From: Methanobacteriota archaeon | GTDB lineage: Archaea; Thermoplasmatota; Thermoplasmata; SG8-5; JAGLSY01 | Length of the DNA: 64,000 bases | NCBI GenBank assembly: GCA_020697715.1 | Contig: JAEHCO010000006.1 | Coordinates: 1-64,000 of the forward strand | Direction: 5' to 3' | Shown here: piece by piece, positions 30,812-40,742 of the stretch | How positions within the stretch are numbered: position 1 is the stretch's first letter | How the letters are laid out: the number at the start of each line of letters is the position of its first letter | Notes under the pieces: generated by a model | Database searches by the model: none | What the model was told of the DNA's origin: nothing | Seen by the model: the letters and a program-made list of their open reading frames with translations, nothing else | Position numbers and translations under genes: made by a program

Positions 30812-33800
30812 ATGAATGACGTACTTGTTGGGAGAAAGGAAGAGACAAGGATATTGAGCGAGTTCATGGACAATTCACTAAATGGAAAGGGTGTGGCTGC
30901 CATTATCAAAGGCGGCGCGGGCATTGGGAAGAGCAGGCTTATTGCGGAATTCAAGGAAATCGCCGAAGGAAAGGGATTGAAGATCCTCACAGGAATAGCA
31001 GATGCCTATACGTCAAGACCATTCCATCTTTTTCGTGAGATCCTTGATAATATTGATGAAGAGCCAATGCTCAGAGATTCGGAATTCACTAACTTTGCCA
31101 AAGTATTTGCCGTGAACAAGGGCAGCCTCCTTATAGCCGATGCGTCACCGCAGGATGAAAAAGGCCTTGATTCGGACATATTTGCAGGAATGCTCTCTGC
31201 GGTTCAGGATTTCATCAGAGATTCCTTTGGCGGGACTGGCAAGCAGTCATCTGGATTGGGGAGATTGGAATATGGGGATCTGAAGATCATCATAGAACAT
31301 GGAGAAAGTGTGTTCCTTGCAGTTGTTTTCAGAGGTAAAGAACATCCCAATATGAAAAATTCCATCAGGCTGGCTGTCAATGACATAGATGAGGCTTGCG
31401 GAGACACCCTCGCTGATTGGAATGGCAATATGGAACATGTAAAGCCAGCGCAGGATATCCTGGAAAAACTGGTGGATATTCGCTTTCTGGTCAGAAAGGA
31501 TCTGGAAGGTGTGAAGCTGGATGCCGAGAGGATACGTGTGGCAGACTCGGTGCTCGATCATCTAATATCAGTATCTGATGAGCAAACTCTGGCCATATTA
31601 TTGGAAGACATGCATTGGGCGGATGAATCCTCGCTATTCGTCCTCCAGTACTTGATGAGAAGTATATCGAATAGACGAATTATTATCCTTTCCACACTGA
31701 GAACTGGAGAGGTGGAGAGCGTGGAAGAATTTGCTGATCTGATGATAGATGAGGGCAGTTGCAAGGATATTGCCCTTGAAAGACTGGCATCCAAGGATAT
31801 ATTGAACATGGTGGAGAACATATTACCAAAGCATGGACTTGGCATGAATTTCATAGATGAGCTTGAGTCCCGATGTGAGGGAAATCCCTTCTTCATCCAG
31901 GAGATTTTGAGACACATGTTATTGGATGGGGCCATTGTTCAGGAAGATGGCGGATACTCATTGATAGGGGATATGTACATGATCCCAGACAATATCGAGG
32001 AATTGGTCCACAGAAAGCTGGAGGCCATAGAGCCAGATGCATTGTCCATAGTGGAATTCTCATCATGCATTGGGAGGGAATTCGATATCAATATACCAGG
32101 ATCATCGAGAATGGTCAGTGATATAGGATCCGCGATAAGCAAACTGGAAGATTCTGGCCTGATACAGATCATTAATGAAAAAGCGATATTCACCCACGCT
32201 TTGTTCCAAGAGGTGATATACAAAGGGATAACAGATCGCTGGAGATCCGTGTACCATCAGAACATTGGGGAGATATACGAATCATTGTACAATCATGATA
32301 TGGTCATATTTGAATTGGCCAGACATTTCTCCAGGTCAAGGAAGCATAGCAAGGCCTTTGATTATTGTTCCAGGGCGGGAGAGAGATCCGAAGCCATGTT
32401 AGCTCCTGAACAGGCCATTGACTATTACCTGGACGCGATAAAGGCATTGGACAATATGAGGAAGATCACTGGCACGAACGAGAGCAGAGGCGAGCTCCTG
32501 CAAAGGTTGGGAGATGCCTATTCACTTATCAGCGACTTCGATAAGGCCATAGAGAAATACGATATGGCCTTCGAATTGGACACAGATATTGATACCATGG
32601 CCATGCTGCACAGGAAGAGAGCGGGCATATTCGAGAAGCGAGGAGATTATATTGAGAGTGGTTTGGAATGCCAGAAGGGACTGGATCTACTGGATGGGAA
32701 GATAAATGCCGTCACTGTCAACCTAATGCTTGTAAGATCTGCGAACTTGCTCAGGACGGGATCTGTCGAAGAGGCTGGAGAGCTTGCGAACAAAGCACTC
32801 GGGCTGGCAAAAGAACTGGGCGACAAAAAGCTTGAAGCCAATACCTATCATTTACTCGGAAGTATGGGCCTTATAACTGGACAGTTCGCAACGGCGATCG
32901 AGAACCTTGATAAAGCGATAGGGATAAGAGAGGAGATAGGAGACGAGTCTGGAGCCTCCGCCTCCCTGAACAATCTGGGTATCGCCCATTATTATACTGG
33001 TGATGTGAACATGGCACTGGATTGTTATAGCAAGAGCCTGGCCATATATCAGAAGATAGGTGACAAATATGGAATGGCCTCCCTATTGAACAATATGGGA
33101 GGCTTCAGCCAAGATTTTGGAGAGCTCGATAAAGCACTGGATTACCATATGCAGAGCATGGACATCAAGAAGCAGATAGGAGACAAATACGGTATGGCCA
33201 GCACTTACACCAATCTTGGCATCGTGCACAGAGGCCTTGGCAAGCTTGATGAGGCACTGGAATTCAATCAGAAGGGGTTGAAGCTGGCTACCGAGATCGC
33301 CAATGCAAAGGAGATCACGATTAACATCAACAATATAGGAGAGGCATATTTTGAAAAGGGCGAATACAGCAAGGCCGAAGAGCAATACAAGAAGGCCATC
33401 CTGATATGCCAGGAGTGCAAGGACAAGCATCAGGAATCTCACTCCCTAAGAGGAATGGCCAAGATAAATATCATGATGAAGGATAGTGGAAAGGCCGTGG
33501 AATTTGCAGATGAGGCTTTGGCCATATCCATAGAGATCGGATCACAGGGCGAGGAGTGGAGGTCCAGGAACATATTGGGAGCCGCACTCAGATCATCCGG
33601 ATCATTTGACAAATCCAAAGAGGAGCTGGACAAGGCCCTGGAGATACTAACAGCCACAGGAAGTAGTGAGAAAGAACCAGCGGTGATGTTCGAATTAGGT
33701 CTTTTGCACAGAGATATGGGAAATACAGATGAAGCAAAAAAGAGCTTCTCAGTCGCCAGAGAGATATATGATAAGAGAGGGTATATCAGAGATGTGAGCA

Positions 33801-33835
33801 AGATCGACAAGGAATTGGTCAATCTGAACCAGTGA
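30812..33835 (+). CDS. STAND/AAA_16-type NTPase with C-terminal TPR array and inserted roadblock/longin-like domain
   Basis: VGRKEE, Walker A GGAGIGKS, Walker B LLEDMHWAD, EGNPFF, repeated A.SLNNLG TPRs. Confidence 0.88.
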   Translation: MNDVLVGRKEETRILSEFMDNSLNGKGVAAIIKGGAGIGKSRLIAEFKEIAEGKGLKILTGIADAYTSRPFHLFREILDNIDEEPMLRDSEFTNFAKVFAVNKGSLLIADASPQDEKGLDSDIFAGMLSAVQDFIRDSFGGTGKQSSGLGRLEYGDLKIIIEHGESVFLAVVFRGKEHPNMKNSIRLAVNDIDEACGDTLADWNGNMEHVKPAQDILEKLVDIRFLVRKDLEGVKLDAERIRVADSVLDHLISVSDEQTLAILLEDMHWADESSLFVLQYLMRSISNRRIIILSTLRTGEVESVEEFADLMIDEGSCKDIALERLASKDILNMVENILPKHGLGMNFIDELESRCEGNPFFIQEILRHMLLDGAIVQEDGGYSLIGDMYMIPDNIEELVHRKLEAIEPDALSIVEFSSCIGREFDINIPGSSRMVSDIGSAISKLEDSGLIQIINEKAIFTHALFQEVIYKGITDRWRSVYHQNIGEIYESLYNHDMVIFELARHFSRSRKHSKAFDYCSRAGERSEAMLAPEQAIDYYLDAIKALDNMRKITGTNESRGELLQRLGDAYSLISDFDKAIEKYDMAFELDTDIDTMAMLHRKRAGIFEKRGDYIESGLECQKGLDLLDGKINAVTVNLMLVRSANLLRTGSVEEAGELANKALGLAKELGDKKLEANTYHLLGSMGLITGQFATAIENLDKAIGIREEIGDESGASASLNNLGIAHYYTGDVNMALDCYSKSLAIYQKIGDKYGMASLLNNMGGFSQDFGELDKALDYHMQSMDIKKQIGDKYGMASTYTNLGIVHRGLGKLDEALEFNQKGLKLATEIANAKEITININNIGEAYFEKGEYSKAEEQYKKAILICQECKDKHQESHSLRGMAKINIMMKDSGKAVEFADEALAISIEIGSQGEEWRSRNILGAALRSSGSFDKSKEELDKALEILTATGSSEKEPAVMFELGLLHRDMGNTDEAKKSFSVAREIYDKRGYIRDVSKIDKELVNLNQ

Positions 33836-34406
33836 TGGTATCCTTGCCTATTCTTTTTTGATATATGTACGATGATAGGAAGCTAAGACCGATCACGATG
33901 AAAAGAGACAGTATTGTGAACTTTTGAGCTGTCTCTTGCTCGAACTGGATATTGAGGAAGCCTATCAGGGCGAAGAGAGCGCCGTACTTGGCCAATCCAC
34001 CTATTATCAAGTAAGACATGGACTTCCAGTAGTTCCACTCACAAACTGCGATAAAAGCGCCTGTAAAGGGCACTATGGGGGCCACTCGGTTGATGAGGAT
34101 GATGCGTTCATCCTTCAGGAATATGAAATCCGTCCACTTCTTCATCGCCTTTTTGATGAAATCCGGGAGCTTCGCTTTCTTTACCAGGCCATAAAGTAAA
34201 GAATTGCCTGTGAACTCCGCAGCCACGGCCGTGATAAGTAAAATAATACCCCATATTAGAGTGGGGTCAAGAAGGAAGGCCAGTGTGGCAAATACCTCCG
34301 GTAATGTTGGGAATATCACGGAATCTATGACCAGTATGATGAATATGGCTATCAGGGCGTAGTACATCCCGTGATTGACGAACCAGTCGAAAAGTCCTTC
34401 GAACAT
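33819..34406 (-). CDS. DedA/VTT-like membrane protein
   Basis: FPTLPE, NRVAPIVP, about 4-5 hydrophobic segments. Confidence 0.65.
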   Translation of the reverse strand: MFEGLFDWFVNHGMYYALIAIFIILVIDSVIFPTLPEVFATLAFLLDPTLIWGIILLITAVAAEFTGNSLLYGLVKKAKLPDFIKKAMKKWTDFIFLKDERIILINRVAPIVPFTGAFIAVCEWNYWKSMSYLIIGGLAKYGALFALIGFLNIQFEQETAQKFTILSLFIVIGLSFLSSYIYQKRIGKDTITGSD

Positions 34407-34527
34407 CAGAACTGGATGTTTCCGTGTTCATATAAGGATATTGATTCGTCGAATGTACTCTGGAGAGGTATTTTTAAATAATATTCTTGAGTTAATGTGG
34501 TTTAGGGAAAGAGATAGAGGATCCTAA

Positions 34528-35055
34528 ATGACTCATCCAGAACATGAGCTATATGAATTTAAAAAGAAGGTCAAGAAGGGGCAGAGAATTATTAATGTTG
34601 TATTGATTATCTGCATACCAGTAATACTTTACATTCTTTTTGATCTATTGTTCGAAGTGGCCGGTCCATATGCTGGAATCGCTATCACGATCGTTGCATT
34701 TTCTATTGGCGGAATTCAAACAATAGGCAATTATCTTGATCTGAAAAGATGCAGGTATCATAGATTCTATGGATCCGTGGAAGAGCTAAAAGAAAGGCTG
34801 GAATCATATTTCGATGAAAATAATATGAAATATGAAAAAGATCTAAATTACAAATATAAAAAACCATATAATCCGACCAAAACAGACAGTGTGAATTATG
34901 ATCTGCGAACATTTGATATTAACATATTTCCTTTTCCTGGCCACGGTTTTTCTGATATTCGTATCCTGCCAAAAGGCCTATTGGAGACTTTTGTTGATGA
35001 CATTGAAGAACAGATATATGATCTGATAAAGGATAAGCGAGGATGGGAGAATTAA
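34528..35055 (+). CDS. Hypothetical membrane protein (2 TM)
   Basis: 175-aa ORF with GAGG upstream and two hydrophobic segments. Confidence 0.65.
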   Translation: MTHPEHELYEFKKKVKKGQRIINVVLIICIPVILYILFDLLFEVAGPYAGIAITIVAFSIGGIQTIGNYLDLKRCRYHRFYGSVEELKERLESYFDENNMKYEKDLNYKYKKPYNPTKTDSVNYDLRTFDINIFPFPGHGFSDIRILPKGLLETFVDDIEEQIYDLIKDKRGWEN

Positions 35056-35071
35056 TTCGCCTCATCAACCC

Positions 35072-35151
35072 TCATAAACATTCAATGACTTGATATTGGT
35101 AAATGCCAAGATCAAGATTCATAAACATTCAATGACTTGATATTGGTAAAT
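35072..35151. repeat. 33-bp exact direct repeat duplicating the 3' end of the aldehyde dehydrogenase gene
   Basis: tcataaacattcaatgacttgatattggtaaat at 35072-35104 and 35119-35151. Confidence 0.9.
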
Positions 35152-36506
35152 TCCCTGATGCCGAACTTTCCAAGTTCCCGGCCAATACCACTTTTCTTGA
35201 TGCCACCAAAAGGTACACGTGGGTCGGATTTGGTTATGGAATTGATAAAGACCGTGCCAGCTTCTATCCTGCTGGCAATTCGTTTTCCATTATCCAGATC
35301 ACTGGTCCATACACTTCCGCCCAAACCAAACTCCGTCATATTCGCGATCTTGATGGCCTCATCATCGTCCTTGAAAGATATTATGGGAGCCACAGGCCCA
35401 AAGACTTCCTCTTTCATCACCCTCATGTCCAAATCCACATTCCCAATAACAGTCGGCATATAGAAGAAGCCAGTGCCTTGCCGGATATTGCCGCCGGCAA
35501 GTATCGACGCGCCCTTTTCAACAGCATCCCTCACCTGCCCATCCACTTCCTCAAGGGCATGTTGATCCACTATGGGGCCTATTTGTGTTTCAGGGCTCAT
35601 TGGATCGCCCACTTTCAGGGCACTGACCTTTTCTGCAAATAAAGTTGAGAAAGACTTCAGAACGGACTCATGCACGATGAAGCGCTTGGCCGCGATACAG
35701 CTCTGGCCATTGTTCATCATTCGACCGATGACTGCATTGCCTGCGGCCTTTTCAATGTCCGCATCCGCCATAACTATAAAGGGGTCGGAACCACCCAGTT
35801 CGAGCACCACTTTCTTCAGACCCTGGCCAGCGGATGAAGCGACCATGCTTCCCGCAGCTGTACTTCCGGTCAGCGACACACCTTTGATAAGATCCGAATT
35901 GAGCAAAGGGGCTACATCATCATGCCCGGCGATTATGGTTCGGAATACATCCTTGGGGAAGCCAGCTTTCATGAAAGCGAACCTGATGGCCATCGCACAC
36001 CCAGGAACCGTATTGGAATGTTTCAAGATCGAAACATTTCCAGCAAGAGTTGTGGGAATAGCGAATCTCAGAGCCTGCCAGAAGGGGAAGTTCCAGGGCA
36101 TTATCGACAAAATAACACCCAGTGGTTCGTATGACACTTGGTGTTCCAGGCCATCGGCCACAATACTTTCCGGGGCAAGCCATTCAACCGCATTCTCTGC
36201 AAACACCTCCGCGGTCCAGGCGCATTTCTCCACCTCGGCCAGCGCCTCGGATATGGGCTTTCCCATTTCCCTCACCATCAACCGTGAATATTCATCCTTA
36301 TTATCTCTCAAGACCTCTGCCAATCTTAGATAATGTGGTATCCTGTCCTCGAGAGGGACATCCCGCCATGAGAGAAAGGCCTCATGGCATTCCTTCGATA
36401 TCTGGATGATCTCGTCCCCAGTCATGGTATCATACTCGCCCATGACGGAGCCGGTCGTTGGATCTATGGTGTAAAATCTCATTGAGCTATTAATGGCTTT
36501 AGTCAT
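35112..36506 (-). CDS. gabD: NAD(P)-dependent aldehyde dehydrogenase, succinate-semialdehyde dehydrogenase (GabD/Sad)-like
   Basis: MPWNFP, LTGS, LELGGSDP, NGQSC, EEVFGP, PFGGIKKSG; start could be ATG 36482. Confidence 0.88.
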   Translation of the reverse strand: MTKAINSSMRFYTIDPTTGSVMGEYDTMTGDEIIQISKECHEAFLSWRDVPLEDRIPHYLRLAEVLRDNKDEYSRLMVREMGKPISEALAEVEKCAWTAEVFAENAVEWLAPESIVADGLEHQVSYEPLGVILSIMPWNFPFWQALRFAIPTTLAGNVSILKHSNTVPGCAMAIRFAFMKAGFPKDVFRTIIAGHDDVAPLLNSDLIKGVSLTGSTAAGSMVASSAGQGLKKVVLELGGSDPFIVMADADIEKAAGNAVIGRMMNNGQSCIAAKRFIVHESVLKSFSTLFAEKVSALKVGDPMSPETQIGPIVDQHALEEVDGQVRDAVEKGASILAGGNIRQGTGFFYMPTVIGNVDLDMRVMKEEVFGPVAPIISFKDDDEAIKIANMTEFGLGGSVWTSDLDNGKRIASRIEAGTVFINSITKSDPRVPFGGIKKSGIGRELGKFGIREFTNIKSLNVYES

Positions 36507-36643
36507 ATATGATATTAATCATACTCATGATAGTTGATATCATAGATCGACATATATGATATTAATCGTGCTTATGGTAGTTGATATCATAGATCGACAT
36601 ATATGTTATTAATCATGCTCATGGTAGTGAATGTCACATATCA
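36504..36643. repeat. Three 47-bp tandem repeats filling the intergenic region
   Basis: Units at 36504, 36551 and 36598, each catatatg(a/t)tattaatc..atg(a/g)tagt.. Confidence 0.9.
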
Positions 36644-37078
36644 TTATGGACAGTATAACATTTTTATATGTTCTATTCCAGCCTCTAAGAACACATCCCC
36701 CACGGGTTTGAAACCAAGCTCGATATAGAAATCTCTGGCGGTCAATTGCGCATGACCGCCAATTGGGATGTCAGGCCTCTTTTCACATTCATCCAAAATG
36801 GCCTTTACCATTAATTTTCCCAATCCCAGGCCCCGGTAATCTTTCAGGATGGCAATTCGCTCCACCTTCTGCATATCCTCATGAATGGTCAATCTTCCAG
36901 CACCAACAGCCTGGCCATTGACCAAACCGATGAAGTGCATGGCCTCATCCTCAAATCCATCATATTCTATGTCCGCTGGAACATTCTGTTCGGTGATGAA
37001 AACCTCTCTACGGATATCGAAGACCTTCTGCCTTTCATCCAGATCAAGAATGGGGCGGCATACGATATCACTTGTCAA
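36644..37078 (-). CDS. GNAT acetyltransferase (ElaA/YjcF-like)
   Basis: IRREVFITEQ, YRGLGLG, HAQ, FLEAGIEH. Confidence 0.9.
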   Translation of the reverse strand: MTSDIVCRPILDLDERQKVFDIRREVFITEQNVPADIEYDGFEDEAMHFIGLVNGQAVGAGRLTIHEDMQKVERIAILKDYRGLGLGKLMVKAILDECEKRPDIPIGGHAQLTARDFYIELGFKPVGDVFLEAGIEHIKMLYCP

Positions 37079-39131
37079 GATACCGCTTCCCTATCAAGAC
37101 CATGATGACGGTCGCGATGATCGCAATGACAATAAGCACACCGAGATATCCCGATGCCTCTTCAATGGATTCACTTATCGGGACAGTCCTTATAGGCTCG
37201 CTGGTGAAGGAAAGTACCAGGCCATCTTTCAGATGATTCCCCCAAAGGTCCGTGGCATCATCAGATAATGTCACGACATAATATGTGAGATTAGTAAAAG
37301 AGCTTGATGGTGTGAAGGTCATATTATTATCAGACCAGGAAAAGACACCAGTGACATTATTTGATATGATGAAGGACTCTTCCACCGAGGTCTTGTTCAT
37401 GGCCTCGGAGAAGTATATGATAATGGTGGAGTTCAGATTCACATCCAGCTGGCCATGTATCAGATTCGTCGATGTGATCACAGGCGGGGTTATATCTCCA
37501 AGATCGGTGAATGTCACAAGGACCTCATCGGCGATCTCCACGCTTCGAGGATTATTATTGAAGGCCATTCCAGGGTTCCAGACTTCCACTTCCAATGTGT
37601 AATAGAAAAGCCCGACCGAGGTCACTCTGATCTTCTGTACCAGTATGAAATCAGTAAAGCCAGATGCGCCGGTTGAGATATTATTGCTGTAAATGGTGGA
37701 AAGCTCCCTGATCTCCACCGTGGCATTCTGCACAGGATGTTCTGTGAAGTTCTGCACCTGAACCCGGATGCTGCCATATGACACGAAATAACAGCTTTCC
37801 CCAACAATTATCCGGGATTCATTGACAGAATTATTATATGATCTGGCATTCGATGTTTCGAAGAGGTTCACATCCCCATGCCTGGAATTTGAGAACGCGG
37901 AATTATAGATATTGAAAGAAGAATTAACAGCATAGATACCATTCATATTGAAGGATATCGTACAATTATCAATGGTCACATTCTTACAATCATAAAGGGT
38001 GATAGAGCCCTGATTTGTAGCAAAACCATAGAAGCCATTGTCAAGCCCAGAGTTCAGATTGACATCTTTAATTGTCGTGTCCTTGAGCCCTATATGATAA
38101 AGATCACCTGCTGGGATGCCATTGATAGAATTGCCACTCATATTCATTATCACATTCTTGGAATCATATGGAATATCCACGCCCACATCATTAAATTCCA
38201 TTCGATTGTTCCTGAAAGTGGAATTAGAACCTATGAACCGCGTACCATTGCCATCGCATGATCTTATCAAATTACCTTCAACAAGAGGAGAGCAGTAGAA
38301 AACGAATAATCCATCATAGCAATGACTGACCGTATTATCTCTTATGATGGTTGATGAATTCCATAAGAGCATGCCAACAGCGCACACTTCGATATTATTA
38401 TTCAGAATTAGGGCGTCGGAATAAGCGATTATACCATGCCAGCATGTGTTGATACGATTATTCAGGATGGTCGGCATAGAGAGATTGTCGCATATTATCC
38501 CTGCATAGAGCGAATTGTTGATATGGCAATTATTTATCATCGGAGTTGAATTGGCACCACAGTAAACAGCGAAAAAATGACTGTAAGCGATGGTGGAGTT
38601 CGATATGACTGGCGAAGTTCCATTAGAGCATTTGATCCCTTCAGTAGCGAATGTCACGTCCACGTAATCGAGCACTGTGTTCTTGCTGGTCGATAGGATA
38701 TCGATGCCGTCCCAATCTCGAGATGCAGGATTAGGGGTCGCTGGTTTGAACTGGATCCGACTCTGAGGATCCAGCGGATCCCTCCCATGCGCATCCAGAG
38801 TTCCAGCCACATTGAGTTTGGCACCTAAACTGAAAAGCATGACGACACCAGGTTCGATCGTGAGAACAGCACCAATTCCAATAGTGATAGTGTTCTGCAC
38901 CTTGTACGGGCTCCTTCCAATATCCCAGGTTGTGGATGAGAGAATATCATCTGTTATTATTGTCCCGGGATCGATAGCCCTTGTGCCACCCGGATCAAAA
39001 TCCTGGGCTACAGGAACCTGGATGTCCAGGTCATGGACATCCAGGGTATCATCCGCAGGGCCATAGGAAAATGGCAATGGCGCTATCATGAATATAACAA
39101 GCAATATGGCCAGTACACGAACGTGGTTCAT
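37068..39131 (-). CDS. Surface protein with right-handed beta-helix (NosD-like), Ig-like (Big_5) domain and C-terminal TM
   Basis: Signal peptide, SPY..LTIEPGV, Asn ladders, FSEAMNKTSV, TM tail. Confidence 0.82.
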   Translation of the reverse strand: MNHVRVLAILLVIFMIAPLPFSYGPADDTLDVHDLDIQVPVAQDFDPGGTRAIDPGTIITDDILSSTTWDIGRSPYKVQNTITIGIGAVLTIEPGVVMLFSLGAKLNVAGTLDAHGRDPLDPQSRIQFKPATPNPASRDWDGIDILSTSKNTVLDYVDVTFATEGIKCSNGTSPVISNSTIAYSHFFAVYCGANSTPMINNCHINNSLYAGIICDNLSMPTILNNRINTCWHGIIAYSDALILNNNIEVCAVGMLLWNSSTIIRDNTVSHCYDGLFVFYCSPLVEGNLIRSCDGNGTRFIGSNSTFRNNRMEFNDVGVDIPYDSKNVIMNMSGNSINGIPAGDLYHIGLKDTTIKDVNLNSGLDNGFYGFATNQGSITLYDCKNVTIDNCTISFNMNGIYAVNSSFNIYNSAFSNSRHGDVNLFETSNARSYNNSVNESRIIVGESCYFVSYGSIRVQVQNFTEHPVQNATVEIRELSTIYSNNISTGASGFTDFILVQKIRVTSVGLFYYTLEVEVWNPGMAFNNNPRSVEIADEVLVTFTDLGDITPPVITSTNLIHGQLDVNLNSTIIIYFSEAMNKTSVEESFIISNNVTGVFSWSDNNMTFTPSSSFTNLTYYVVTLSDDATDLWGNHLKDGLVLSFTSEPIRTVPISESIEEASGYLGVLIVIAIIATVIMVLIGKRYLDK

Positions 39132-39140
39132 ATTATCGGC

Positions 39141-39764
39141 TCATTTGTCTGATTTTTCCACACGGGTCCTTAGCAAGCCAGCTGCCCTGAGTTCTTTCTT
39201 CAGAGTCTCTACACCTGTTATGATGTCCGCTTCCTGCTTCGCACCTGTGCACACGACCTTTCCTGATCCGAATAGAAGCATGACGACCTTTGGCACTGCA
39301 ACCCTGTAAACCAATCCAGGGAACTGCTCTGGCTCGTATTCCACTCTTTCCAATCCCAGAGTGATGGCTATCGCATTGAGATTGAGATCGCTCTTGAGGT
39401 CATAAACTGCAACGATGTTCTGAACTGTTATGACTGGTTTCTTGATGATCCCGGCCATGCCAGCATCTTCCAGTTTCTTGCTCACTGTCTTGATCGTGGT
39501 CTGCACACTCTCAATGGTCTTGGCGCCTGTACAATTTGCCTTACCACTTCTGAAAAGTAATATAGCTGTCTTCTCTGACTTCAGCCTGTACACGAGCCCA
39601 GGAAACTGCTCTGGCTCGTATTCCGCACCCTCAAGTGCGAGAGCGACTGCTGTAAGATCCAGCTTTTCTGCCAATACTGTCGAAGCAACGATATTCTCGA
39701 TGCTAACCTCTGTCTTCTGTACTTTCTTATCATCAGATTTTTTATCTGCTTTCTTTGCTGCCAT
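39141..39764 (-). CDS. tbp: TATA-box binding protein
   Basis: Two repeats of NIVA...YEPEQFPGLVYR...LF.SGK..CTGAK. Confidence 0.98.
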   Translation of the reverse strand: MAAKKADKKSDDKKVQKTEVSIENIVASTVLAEKLDLTAVALALEGAEYEPEQFPGLVYRLKSEKTAILLFRSGKANCTGAKTIESVQTTIKTVSKKLEDAGMAGIIKKPVITVQNIVAVYDLKSDLNLNAIAITLGLERVEYEPEQFPGLVYRVAVPKVVMLLFGSGKVVCTGAKQEADIITGVETLKKELRAAGLLRTRVEKSDK

Positions 39765-39940
39765 TTTCAAACTCCCCTTACTTTAAATACTCTTTATATA
39801 GTCTTTATATACTAATTTATCACGCGAGATACTCTTACTGTTTAAATAGTATTTGGTTCAAAGCCCCTATTTTGAGCAATTCTACAATAATCAAATCCAG
39901 GCCAAAATATTGAAATGGTCCTGGTGTTTACGGCCTACTG

Positions 39941-40576
39941 ATGAAAGCGATCATATTCGACCTTGATGGAACTCTTCTGGATTCCCGCCAGACAATTAGA
40001 AGATGTCTCAATGCCGCGATAATGGAATTCGGAGAAGAGCCATTTGAGGGAGAGGATCTGAAACAACTTATTGGCAGACATCTGATGGAGATCCTGGCCC
40101 TGAAAGGTCTGGGAACCGAGGAAGTGGCCGAAAGATATCGGCAGATACAGATGGACACATACCACCAGGACATGAAGATGTATGACGGAGTGGTCCAGAT
40201 GCTGGATCTGCTTAAGAAAAATGGTCTTTCTCTGGGAGTGGCCACCATGAGGAATGGCCGAATAACAAGGGACATACTGAATGGTATCGGGATCGGCCAT
40301 TATTTTGATGCGATGGTGGGAGTGGATGATGCAGAAAGGCCGAAGCCAGAGCCGGATCAGGTGGTCAAGGCTTGCCGTCTTTTAGGAGTGAGTGAAAAGG
40401 ATGCGGCAATGGTGGGAGACACCACCATGGATGTTCTATCTGGCAAGGCAGCGGGTTGTGCCGCTATCGGAGTCTCATGGGGAAATGGCGAGGCGCAGGA
40501 TCTGAAGAATGCGGGCGCGGATCATGTATGTGATTCCATGAAGGAACTGGAGCAATTGCTTCTTGGTATGATCTAA
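39941..40576 (+). CDS. HAD-superfamily phosphatase (PGP/PPaX-like)
   Basis: FDLDGTLLD, KP.PD, MVGDT..D. Confidence 0.92.
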   Translation: MKAIIFDLDGTLLDSRQTIRRCLNAAIMEFGEEPFEGEDLKQLIGRHLMEILALKGLGTEEVAERYRQIQMDTYHQDMKMYDGVVQMLDLLKKNGLSLGVATMRNGRITRDILNGIGIGHYFDAMVGVDDAERPKPEPDQVVKACRLLGVSEKDAAMVGDTTMDVLSGKAAGCAAIGVSWGNGEAQDLKNAGADHVCDSMKELEQLLLGMI

Positions 40577-40612
40577 GAAAATTGGTCAGATGTTTTTCAA
40601 TATATTGAGATA

Positions 40613-40642
40613 CAAAAAAAGATGGGGCAGACGAACTGCCCC
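40613..40642 (-). terminator. Hairpin plus T-tract terminator downstream of ftsZ
   Basis: ggggcag/ctgcccc stem with a UUCG-containing loop on the minus strand, then T7. Confidence 0.7.
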
Positions 40643-40742
40643 AGAGATCTTTGGATAGGTTAATTCGGATACTGGCTGTAGACCAGCCAATTCATTAATT
40701 TGAATACCGGAGGTGTCATGAATACCCCCGGAGGCTATCTTA

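Noticed and set aside
36504-36643. Possible CRISPR array (also considered for 6331-6511 and 3184-3306)
   Set aside because: Units are contiguous or only two, degenerate, and lack unique spacers of constant length; no cas genes in the window
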